Part shown: one piece after another, positions 48,154-56,500 of the stretch
Numbering within the stretch: position 1 is the stretch's first letter
Layout: each line of letters starts with the position of its first letter
Origin: Dehalococcoidia bacterium
GTDB lineage: Bacteria > Chloroflexota > Dehalococcoidia > Lucifugimonadales > UBA3495
NCBI GenBank assembly: GCA_963668585.1
Contig: OY764869.1
Coordinates: forward strand, 3,147,106-3,211,105
Reading direction: 5' to 3'
DNA length: 64,000 bases
Notes under the pieces: model-generated
What the model was told of the DNA's origin: nothing
Seen by the model: the letters and a program-made list of their open reading frames with translations, nothing else
The model's database searches: none
Program-made: the position numbers and the translations under genes

Positions 48154-48594
48154 TTAGTTGGAGCGACTGGGCAGCGCGACCGTGGCCGTGCCGGGCGTGG
48201 TCTGCTGACCCTCCGGATTTTCCAGCCAGACGGTGCAATCGACCAGGTTACGTTGACCTTCCTGGTACACCCGGGTCACGTGCCCTTTCGCGGTAATCGG
48301 TTCGTCCGGATAATCCATGCCGCGATATTGCACGGTGAGCCGGCACAGGCTGCCCTGCGGGCCCGCCCATCCCGTAATGTAAGCGCCCAGCATGGCGTTC
48401 TTCAGCGCTCCGTGGATGATGATGTCCTTGAGGCCGGTGCTTTGCGCGAAATTCCTGTCGTAGTGAATTTCGTAAAAATCGCCCGATGCCCCGGCATACT
48501 GGACGAGTTGTCGCGGGGTGGGGTTGCGCACTTCAACAGGCAACTCCATGCCCTCACTGACGTCCTCAAAAAAGATCTGTGATTCCATGGTCAT
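48154..48594 (-). CDS. MaoC-family (R)-specific enoyl-CoA hydratase, hot-dog fold
   Basis: Hydratase-2-like motif YAGASGDFYEIHYDRNFA. Confidence 0.85.
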   Translation of the reverse strand: MTMESQIFFEDVSEGMELPVEVRNPTPRQLVQYAGASGDFYEIHYDRNFAQSTGLKDIIIHGALKNAMLGAYITGWAGPQGSLCRLTVQYRGMDYPDEPITAKGHVTRVYQEGQRNLVDCTVWLENPEGQQTTPGTATVALPSRSN

Positions 48595-48612
48595 CCTCGA
48601 ACCGTGGCGTGA

Positions 48613-49059
48613 TCAGTAACGAATCGACGTGCTGGTCTGGGTGGCGACGACGATCCCCTCCTGGTTGCGGTACGTGATTTTGATGGTCGATATCAGCATC
48701 TGGCCGATGCTGCCGGCGCGTTCGCGAATGTCCTCGACGCGTCCCACCGCTGTGATGGTATCGCCGGGGCGCACATGATCAAAGTATTCCCAATCGCTGC
48801 CGCCATCAAGAAGACGGCTGTACGGAATTTCGAATGGGAGTTCAGGCCGAATCCCGCGCATGGCTCTGAGGAAGGTGGGCGGAGCGACGATGCCGCCGGT
48901 TTCGGGCGTGCCCACGGTGTAAGCGGGGTTATCGTCGCCGATGGCTTCCGCAAACCTCAGGATGTGGCCTTGCTCGATGACCATGGAAGCCGGCTCACTT
49001 TCAACACCGATGGACTGTTCGCGCATTTCGTCGGTGAGAGTGAACGAGTTGGTGGACAA
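48613..49059 (-). CDS. MaoC-like dehydratase N-terminal-type subunit (FAS1-like hot dog)
   Basis: TTG start behind GGGAGG. ILRFAEAIGDDNPAY. It lies 18 nt upstream of the MaoC partner gene. Confidence 0.85.
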   Translation of the reverse strand: MSTNSFTLTDEMREQSIGVESEPASMVIEQGHILRFAEAIGDDNPAYTVGTPETGGIVAPPTFLRAMRGIRPELPFEIPYSRLLDGGSDWEYFDHVRPGDTITAVGRVEDIRERAGSIGQMLISTIKITYRNQEGIVVATQTSTSIRY

Positions 49060-49151
49060 TTGAGGCCTCCCGGTCGTTATACGTGCTGACGGACATTATT
49101 TTGTACTCACAAATTAAGCACAAGGGATTATGTTACGGGGTCGTTCAGGTG

Positions 49152-49451
49152 TCAAGAAAGCAGCGACGGCAGCAGATATTCGGTCCAGGGGTCGATGATT
49201 TCAGAATCCCGGATGCCATCCACCAGTTGGGCCACCCCGTTTCCATAGAGAGACGCAATCTGGTGCGGAGGTGTGTCGCCAGCCATGGCGGCGACGGCCG
49301 CTCGCAACCGGTCCACATAGTTGATGGTTTCCTGAGTGGCTGATTCCTTGTCCTGACGCGCCTTGATGGTCTCCAGCCTCTCGATCAAGTCGACACCCTG
49401 TTCCAGTTTGTCGAAGTCGTCGTCGCTGGCCTGGGTGGTAACAGTAGTCAT
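49152..49451 (-). CDS. hypothetical protein (99 aa, predicted helical)
   Basis: SD GGGAGGA; candidate extended -10 TGCTAGAAT (49503-49511, minus strand). No family recognised. Confidence 0.5.
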   Translation of the reverse strand: MTTVTTQASDDDFDKLEQGVDLIERLETIKARQDKESATQETINYVDRLRAAVAAMAGDTPPHQIASLYGNGVAQLVDGIRDSEIIDPWTEYLLPSLLS

Positions 49452-49613
49452 ACTCCAATAATCCTCCCACCGGGCTTATATCTTGCTATTATTAATTGGT
49501 GGATTCTAGCATATTCCCCCTCTCACGCAGCGAACGCCGACGGTTGCCCAAAGGTGCTCCGGCATGGGCATCCCGGTGGTCACACGTCCCGGCGCGCCTG
49601 ACCGGAATCTGAA

Positions 49614-50864
49614 TTGCGGTCACGGATTTATGTCTGGTGCATACTGGCGCTGGTGCTGGTCGTGAGCCGGGACTTTCGCCAGGATTCCATCGCCATTGCA
49701 ACGGCTCCTCATCAATTCAGCCTGGTCTCCTGGGAACTGAGCAATCTGCCAGACAAGTGGGCGCGACGCGTATTCGGAGTCGCCGGATCCCTGGCCAGCG
49801 CTGACGACAGTGAGCATCGGAACCGAAACGCCCAGCGTTTTTTTGCGATTGGCAGCCGCCTGCGCGAGATTGACCGCCTTATGATCGCAACCGAGGCCAG
49901 TCCGCAGCCCGGGACTACGCCAGCCCCGGAGGTCGAGGCGCTGAGAAAAGAGCAACGCGACCTGCTGAATGAACGGGAAACGATCCGCACCGAAGTCGAG
50001 GAGACCCTGGAGTCGGCGACGGCGGCGGCGTTGCGCGAACTGGGTTTCGGCACCCGGGCCGGGGTGTTTCCGCCGGTGGACACCGTGTTGACCGGATCTC
50101 CGACCGTGCTGATATTGTCGCCACGACACCGGATCGCCCGGCTGGAAGGCGGACTGCTGCAACCGGGCCTCAGCGCCAGCCACCGAGAGCGCATCGAAAC
50201 AACGGTGGAGTCCGACTCCGGTCTGTCGGCCCTGGTGGTGAACACCGGCGGCATCGCCTTGTATCCCTCAATCGCCCTCGATGATGCAGGGATGGACCAC
50301 GCCCTCGATACGATTGCCCACGAATGGGTGCATCATTGGCTATGGTTCCGGCCGTTGGGACGCAGGTACTTTGAAGGGGGCGATTTGACCACCCTGAACG
50401 AGACGGTCGCATCCATTGCCGGCGCGGAAGTGGGACGATTGGCGCGCCAACGCCTGGAAGGCGGCACACCTGCGGCGGCGGCAGGTATTTCGAGCGTTGC
50501 GGCCAATGGACAATCCACGGCCGGCGACGCGACCCAGTCCTTCGATTTCCAGGCAGAGATGCGCGCGACCAGGACCGAAGTCGACAGGCTGCTGTCCTCG
50601 GGCGACGTGACCGGAGCCGAGGCGTACATGGAAGTCAGGCGGCGGCGTTTCGTAGCGGAGGGCTACCCCATCCGCAAATTGAACCAGGCATACTTCGCCT
50701 TCTACGGCGCTTACGCCACCACCGGGGCCGCCGGAGTGAGCATCATCGGCGAGCAGGTGCAGGAACTGCGCCGCCGCAGTGCCTCGCTGGCGGACTTTCT
50801 GCGCACCGCAGCACAGATTACCAGCGCCCAGGATCTGGAGCGCATTCTAAACGGGCGCCCATAA
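49614..50864 (+). CDS. membrane-anchored hypothetical protein with HExxH motif
   Basis: TTG start (uncertain); N-terminal TM IYVWCILALVLVV; LDTIAHEWVHHWLWF...TLNETVASIAG suggests a zinc-peptidase-like site. Confidence 0.6.
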   Translation: MRSRIYVWCILALVLVVSRDFRQDSIAIATAPHQFSLVSWELSNLPDKWARRVFGVAGSLASADDSEHRNRNAQRFFAIGSRLREIDRLMIATEASPQPGTTPAPEVEALRKEQRDLLNERETIRTEVEETLESATAAALRELGFGTRAGVFPPVDTVLTGSPTVLILSPRHRIARLEGGLLQPGLSASHRERIETTVESDSGLSALVVNTGGIALYPSIALDDAGMDHALDTIAHEWVHHWLWFRPLGRRYFEGGDLTTLNETVASIAGAEVGRLARQRLEGGTPAAAAGISSVAANGQSTAGDATQSFDFQAEMRATRTEVDRLLSSGDVTGAEAYMEVRRRRFVAEGYPIRKLNQAYFAFYGAYATTGAAGVSIIGEQVQELRRRSASLADFLRTAAQITSAQDLERILNGRP

Positions 50865-50900
50865 CCGGCCCGGTTCGGGGCGCCCGAAACGGCGCGGAGA

Positions 50901-51386
50901 TCAGGCCGATCTGATGGCTTCCTCCAGGAGCGCCAGCGCGGTGCGCGCGAACACCCACATATTGGCTTCCCGGTCCGGGCTGCCGGTTTCCAGGGTCTGG
51001 GAACGTTCCACCGGGCCGACCACGCCGAAACAGGCGTGGCCGTAATTGTCGCCATACCTGTTGCCGGTGGGTCCGCTGGCCCCGGTTTCGGCGAGTCCCC
51101 AGGTGGTGCCCATGGAATCCCTCGAAGTGCGGGCATTGAGCAGAGCGTAGTATTCGGTGCTGGCGCGATGGCCTTCCATCGCGGAGTCGGGAACCTGCAG
51201 CAGACCCTTCTGGGCCGTCCGCGTGTAAACCACTGAGCCGCCGACGTAGTAGTCCGACGCGCCCGGTATGGATACCAGCGCCGCGGATATCAACCCGCCG
51301 CACGACGATTCGGACACCGCCAGGGTGTCCCCGCGCTCTTTCAGCAAAGTCGCCACGGATTGGGCCAGATCGTTCAGTTCACCCAT
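50901..51386 (-). CDS. pncC: CinA-family nicotinamide-nucleotide amidohydrolase domain protein
   Basis: SD GGAGG. LAVSESSCGGLISAALVSIPGASDYYVGGSVVYT is typical of the CinA C-terminal (PncC) domain. Confidence 0.85.
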   Translation of the reverse strand: MGELNDLAQSVATLLKERGDTLAVSESSCGGLISAALVSIPGASDYYVGGSVVYTRTAQKGLLQVPDSAMEGHRASTEYYALLNARTSRDSMGTTWGLAETGASGPTGNRYGDNYGHACFGVVGPVERSQTLETGSPDREANMWVFARTALALLEEAIRSA

Positions 51387-51426
51387 TGTCAGACCTCCAG
51401 TTTGTAGTTGATGTGAAACGCCGCCC

Positions 51427-52656
51427 TCACAGCCATGGCAGGCGCTTGGATACCGTTTTTGCCGATTCGGGAGTGGGCAACCCCCTCTGTTCCATGAGCG
51501 TTATCGCCAGTTTGCGGAACTCCTCGCGGTCGCGCCCCGATACCACGGCCTGTTCGTGGGCTTCTGAAATTACCACGGGGTAACCCAGGCCCAATTCGCA
51601 CTGTTTCGAGAGCATGGAATGACTCATCGCCAGCAGTTCGGGGCTGCCTGCCACCCAATCGGGCACTTCCACCCTCGCAATCTCGGCGCCGCTGTGCAGG
51701 TAGTAGAAGTGGCTCCAGCGTTCGCCGACGGTGAGGCCAACCGCGAATCGCGCGGCCAGACGGCCCGACTGATACAGCGGAGATCTTTCACCGGGCCCGA
51801 GCAGCGCCTCGAAAATCTCCCGGTCGTCGAATCCCGACGCGTTGTCGCACTGGGTCAGATCCGAACGTCGAACGCTGCACCGGCGCGTGCATTCAGCGTC
51901 GCTGGAGCCGCAAAGGGCCAGCCGCACCGCGCCGGCCACCTCGGCAGTCTGCGGTCTCGATGTATATGCGGCAACGGCAACCGGGCGGCCATCGCTGGAC
52001 GCGTCGCGCAAACGCGCCAACGCCGGCAGCAATCGCCCGTTGATCAGGTGGTCCACCACGTAGGCGGGATACTCTCCCCGCTGAATGTCCCAGAAAGCGA
52101 GGGTGCCATCCACCACAGCCAGGACCGGAACGTCGGAGGCGAGGCTGTCCACCGCGTCGGCCAACCGTTCAACCTCGCGAACCGTCCGTAATGCTCCCAG
52201 CAAACGCCCGGATACCAGCGTTTCGTCCAGAGATCCTTCAACATCCGGACGCAGATACAGGTCGGAATCTTCAACTGCCAGCGCCGGTTCACTGAACAAC
52301 TCACAGCCGTAGTTCGCTCCATAACGGATAACGCAACCGCCCAGGTTGATGAGATGGCATCTGATGGGCAGATGCCGGTCCACATCGATGTGGGAACCGT
52401 CCACCGACAGGGCGGCCCAATCCCCGGTAACATCGCCGCACGGCAGGTTGCCCAGCAATCCTTCCGGTCCGGTGCGTGCCGCGAGGAAAGGTCGCCTTCC
52501 CGATGACGCGATGCGTTGCGTCGCTGCATCCGGGGACACCGCCAACGCGCGATCCAGCGTATCTGCGAACCGCTGCCGCCGGCTGCGCCGTGAACTGGCG
52601 ACCCCATCCATGGCGGCCAACAGTTGGCGAGTGGTTTGACCGAAGTCCAACGCCAT
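51427..52656 (-). CDS. NurA-domain nuclease-like protein
   Basis: LSVDGSHIDVD, VLAVVDGTLAFWD and GYPVVISEAHEQAVV resemble the acidic and His motifs of NurA 5'-3' nucleases. There is no SD, and the gene starts 30 nt after the selB stop. Confidence 0.6.
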   Translation of the reverse strand: MALDFGQTTRQLLAAMDGVASSRRSRRQRFADTLDRALAVSPDAATQRIASSGRRPFLAARTGPEGLLGNLPCGDVTGDWAALSVDGSHIDVDRHLPIRCHLINLGGCVIRYGANYGCELFSEPALAVEDSDLYLRPDVEGSLDETLVSGRLLGALRTVREVERLADAVDSLASDVPVLAVVDGTLAFWDIQRGEYPAYVVDHLINGRLLPALARLRDASSDGRPVAVAAYTSRPQTAEVAGAVRLALCGSSDAECTRRCSVRRSDLTQCDNASGFDDREIFEALLGPGERSPLYQSGRLAARFAVGLTVGERWSHFYYLHSGAEIARVEVPDWVAGSPELLAMSHSMLSKQCELGLGYPVVISEAHEQAVVSGRDREEFRKLAITLMEQRGLPTPESAKTVSKRLPWL

Positions 52657-52686
52657 TATCGGTTTGAAACGCCGGCGCCGCAGCGA

Positions 52687-54552
52687 TTACCGCAGCACAC
52701 GCTCGTCGCCGACGCGTCGGGTTACGCGCTGCTGGTCCAGGTATTCCAACAACGGCAGGACATACTTTCGACTGGTTCCGAATATGGACCGGGCATCGGC
52801 CACGGTGACGCTGCCGTTCTGTTCAAGATGGGCAACGATGCGGGACACCATGTCGTCGTAAGCGGCGGTGGTGAACACGACGGTCTCGTTGACCTTGACG
52901 ACCTCTTTTTTGTCTTGCAGGTACGCCAGCAGTTCCGGGTCCACCGGTCGGTCGGTGGGCGGCGACCATGGCTCTGCAGCCAATTCCTGCAGATAACTCG
53001 ACGCGTTGGCGTGCTGGCTCTCGCTGAGTTCGACTTCGTGATCGGGGGTGCGCATCAGTCCGTCGTCCTCAACCACGACGCCTTCCTCCGCCAGTCGGGA
53101 CGCCGCCCGCAGATATACAGGCTGCGATACCCGCAGGCGGCTCCGCAGTTCCTGCGGCGGCGCGCCCCGGCGCAGGGGATACTGGTTGTGGTACGCCTGC
53201 AAAGCGACCTGGGCCTGATTGCGCAGGATGTCCCAGCCTCGTTGGGAATAGACCACCGCATCCGCCTGAGCGCCCATCTCGCCCAACTGCACAATTTCGC
53301 CGGAGTCGATCAGCGACGCGAGACGTTCCAGCACTTCCGTGTCCGCCAGGTTCGACCTTTCGGACAGCGTGCGCAGGTCGCAGGGGCCCATCTGGTCCGC
53401 GATGGTGAAGATCACATCCTCGCTTTCCCCTGCATCCAGCATCGTGAGGCGTTCCAGCACTTCCGGAGCGAAGCGCCTGTGACGGCGGCCGGGGTTGGGG
53501 TCTGCAATCTGCCCGCCGCCGAGGGTGTCTTCGGACGATCTCAGCACGAAGAAATCGCCCTTGACCATGGGAATTGGCTCATCCAGCAGGACCTGGACCC
53601 AACCCTCACTGCCCGGTTGCAGACGGTCGGCGTCCAGCAATCGGACCCGGCCGGTGGTTTCGCTGGTGAACAGGTGAAACGTAATGCCCTCGTTGTGCTT
53701 CAACGCGTGAGGAGCGCCCCTCACCATCCGCAGGTTGGCGTCGAAGCGGCGGGTTGGCCTGAGCCAGCCGGGGTTGGTCAGCACCTCGCCGCGCAGGACA
53801 TCGTCCCGCGAGATGCCCGACAGGTTCAGCGCCAAACGCACGCCGGGCGAAGCGTCGTCCAGACGGGACTTATGGCTCTGCAAACCCCGGATGCGGGCGC
53901 GCCGTCCGGAAGGGGCCAGTTCTATTTGCTGACCCACGGCCACCGACCCGTCGATTAGGGTGCCCGTAACCACCGTGCCGAACCCGCTGACCGTGAAACA
54001 GCGGTCCACCGGCAGCCGCGGACGCCCCAGATCCCGACGGGATTCCGTGTCGTTCAGAATCTCGTCTATCTCGCCTTTCAGGTCGTCGATTCCCTCGCCG
54101 GTGTAGGCCGAGACAGCGACCATGCCGCAGCCGTCGAAAGCGGTGCCCTGCAGCACGTCCTCAACCTCGGCTTTGACCAACTCGACCAGTTCACTGTCCA
54201 CAAGGTCGGTCTTCGTGATCACCACCAGCCCCCGGCGGATGCGGAGGATGTCAAGTATCGCCAGATGCTCGCGGGTCTGGGGCATCACGCTTTCATCGGC
54301 GGCCACGATGAGGAGCGCCAGGTCGATCGCGCCCACTCCGGCCAGCATGTTCTTGATGAACCGTTCGTGGCCCGGGACATCCACTATGCTGACCTCGCGC
54401 CCGCTGGGCAGCGTCATCCACGCGAACCCCAGGTCCACGGTCATCTCCCGCTCTTTTTCTTCGGGAAGGCGGTCGGGGTCGATATCGGTCAATGCCTTGA
54501 CCAGGGTGGATTTACCGTGGTCAACGTGGCCTGCGGTGCCGATCACGTACAT
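52687..54552 (-). CDS. selB: selenocysteine-specific elongation factor SelB
   Basis: ORF track 52687..54672; start moved to ATG 54552 (MYVIGTAGHVDHGKST). G motifs DVPGHERF and TKTD. C-terminal winged-helix array ends LLEYLDQQRVTRRVGDERVL. Confidence 0.9.
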   Translation of the reverse strand: MYVIGTAGHVDHGKSTLVKALTDIDPDRLPEEKEREMTVDLGFAWMTLPSGREVSIVDVPGHERFIKNMLAGVGAIDLALLIVAADESVMPQTREHLAILDILRIRRGLVVITKTDLVDSELVELVKAEVEDVLQGTAFDGCGMVAVSAYTGEGIDDLKGEIDEILNDTESRRDLGRPRLPVDRCFTVSGFGTVVTGTLIDGSVAVGQQIELAPSGRRARIRGLQSHKSRLDDASPGVRLALNLSGISRDDVLRGEVLTNPGWLRPTRRFDANLRMVRGAPHALKHNEGITFHLFTSETTGRVRLLDADRLQPGSEGWVQVLLDEPIPMVKGDFFVLRSSEDTLGGGQIADPNPGRRHRRFAPEVLERLTMLDAGESEDVIFTIADQMGPCDLRTLSERSNLADTEVLERLASLIDSGEIVQLGEMGAQADAVVYSQRGWDILRNQAQVALQAYHNQYPLRRGAPPQELRSRLRVSQPVYLRAASRLAEEGVVVEDDGLMRTPDHEVELSESQHANASSYLQELAAEPWSPPTDRPVDPELLAYLQDKKEVVKVNETVVFTTAAYDDMVSRIVAHLEQNGSVTVADARSIFGTSRKYVLPLLEYLDQQRVTRRVGDERVLR

Positions 54553-54610
54553 CGCGTCACTGCTCTCTGAAACCCTGATTCGGGTGGTTACAGAACGATA
54601 CCACAAGGCA

Positions 54611-54674
54611 GACGAAGCTACCATTCGACGAGGCTGCCATTCGACGAAGCTCCCATTCGACGAAGCTCCCATTC
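54611..54674. repeat. four head-to-tail 16-bp repeats
   Basis: GACGAAGCTACCATTC / GACGAGGCTGCCATTC / GACGAAGCTCCCATTC / GACGAAGCTCCCATTC, in the divergent selB-der intergenic region. Confidence 0.9.
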
Positions 54675-54770
54675 AATGAGTTATACTTGTGGCGGGCAGT
54701 CGGCGAAATAAGGTACGGGCGCCGGCGGCCTGATGCCAAACCCGCCTCGCCGCTTTCCCCTGTTGATGAT

Positions 54771-56498
54771 ATGACCACTATTGATGATATGCCGGCCTCC
54801 GACCCGGAGGAACAGACCACACCGGTTTCACCCCTGCCTCACCTTGATAATGCGGCGAGTGTTCCAGACGCCTCGGACTCCGACCCGGAAGAACAGGCCG
54901 CACCTGCAATAACGTTCCCTGACGAAGAGAACGTGGAGAGTGTTGACGACGCGCCGGACTCCGACCCGGACGAGCAACCCGCCCACCCCACCCCTCAGCG
55001 CAAACCGGTGGGAGACTCCACCCCGATGGTTGCGATCATCGGCCGGCCCAACGTGGGCAAATCCTCCCTGTTCAACCGGATCCTGTCGCGGCGTCACGCC
55101 ATCGTGTCCGAGGTTGCGGGCACAACCCGCGACCGGCTGATATCTCGGGCATCCTGGAAAGGGCGACCCTTCCTGCTGGTGGACACCGGCGGCCTGGAAG
55201 ACGACCCGGAAGGCAACATTCCGCAACGAGTACAGGAACAGGCCGACATGGCCATGGGCGCCGCTGACCTGATCGTATTCATCACCGACGCCATCCAGGG
55301 TCTCACCGCCACTGACGAGGCGGTATCCCAACGGCTGCGACGCACCGACAAACCGGTCATCCTGGCGGTCAACAAGGTGGACAATGACCGGCGCGAACTG
55401 GGCGCTTCAGAGTTTTACGCGCTGGGACACACCGACACTTCCTTCATTTCCGCCTACCACAACTACGGCATCTACGATTTGCTGGATCGTATCGCGCAGT
55501 TGCTTCCGGTTCAGGAATTGGCTGACCTCTGGGACTACGACCATCCGGACATGGCCGGCGACTTCGGGGACCTCGACGAGGACCCTGACGCAGTCGAGGA
55601 CGAAGAAGAATCGGAACCAACGCTGGTCGCGCCCATCGATATGCGTCTTGCCATCGTGGGGCGCACCAACGTCGGCAAGTCGCTGCTCACCAACACGATT
55701 ATTGGCGAGGAGCGCAGCATCGTCAGCCCGGTGGCCGGCACCACCCGCGACGCTCTGGATACCGAGGTAACCTACGGCGACCATACGATTACCCTGGTGG
55801 ATACCGCCGGCATCCGTCGGCCCGGCCAGGTGGAGCGGGGCATCGAGAGGTACAGCGTTCTGCGCGCCGTCAACGCCGTGCGCCGCAGCGACATCACGTT
55901 GCTGATCACCGATGCCACCGAACTCGCAACCTCCCAGGATGCCCACATCGCCGGCCTGGCTTGGGACACCAGCCGTGGCCTCATCGTGGTGGTCAACAAG
56001 TGGGACCTCGTGAACCGCAACCGGTTCCGCATGGAACGGAGCCTGCATCGGGTTCGGGAGAGACTGCACTTCATGTCCTACGTGCCGGTGTGCTTCACCT
56101 CAGCATTGACCGGAGAGGGGATCGAAGAACTGCTGGACACCGCGCTCTCCCTGTGGCAAGAGCGACAGAAACGGGTGCCATACCGCGAATTGCAGTATGC
56201 GCTGGCGGACGCCGTCTCGACGCACACGCCGCCGTCGCAGCGGGGCAATATCCGGAACCGTCTGCGCATTCGCCGGGTCAGGCAGGTCGGCGTGAACCCC
56301 CCGACGTTCGCCTTCAGCGTCAACGATCCCAAGTTGGTCCACTTTTCCTACCACCGCTTCCTGGAGAATCGCATCAGGGAACGGTTCGGCTTCGATCGCA
56401 CCCACCTCCGGCTCATTTTCCGGCCGGACCGCGACGACCGCACCCCACGTTCGGGAGTCAGAAGCCGGCCGGCGACTCGAAACAACAACCCGAGGTGA
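54771..56498 (+). CDS. der: ribosome-biogenesis GTPase Der (EngA) with N-terminal repeat extension
   Basis: ORF track 54687..56498. Two GTPase domains (GRPNVGKSS/DTGG/NKVD and GRTNVGKSL/DTAG/NKWD) plus a KH-like C-terminus. The start is uncertain: ATG 54771 includes the extension, while ATG 55026 is the conserved core. Confidence 0.9.
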   Translation: MTTIDDMPASDPEEQTTPVSPLPHLDNAASVPDASDSDPEEQAAPAITFPDEENVESVDDAPDSDPDEQPAHPTPQRKPVGDSTPMVAIIGRPNVGKSSLFNRILSRRHAIVSEVAGTTRDRLISRASWKGRPFLLVDTGGLEDDPEGNIPQRVQEQADMAMGAADLIVFITDAIQGLTATDEAVSQRLRRTDKPVILAVNKVDNDRRELGASEFYALGHTDTSFISAYHNYGIYDLLDRIAQLLPVQELADLWDYDHPDMAGDFGDLDEDPDAVEDEEESEPTLVAPIDMRLAIVGRTNVGKSLLTNTIIGEERSIVSPVAGTTRDALDTEVTYGDHTITLVDTAGIRRPGQVERGIERYSVLRAVNAVRRSDITLLITDATELATSQDAHIAGLAWDTSRGLIVVVNKWDLVNRNRFRMERSLHRVRERLHFMSYVPVCFTSALTGEGIEELLDTALSLWQERQKRVPYRELQYALADAVSTHTPPSQRGNIRNRLRIRRVRQVGVNPPTFAFSVNDPKLVHFSYHRFLENRIRERFGFDRTHLRLIFRPDRDDRTPRSGVRSRPATRNNNPR

Positions 56499-56500
56499 CC

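Noticed and set aside
52624-53958. A 444-aa plus-strand ORF.
   Set aside because: It is antisense to selB, whose GTPase and winged-helix motifs are unambiguous.
55961-56500. The N-terminal 180 aa of the ORF-track entry 55961..57223.
   Set aside because: This part overlaps the der coding frame. PlsY homology begins only after about 56500, where a GAGG-GTG start follows the der stop.
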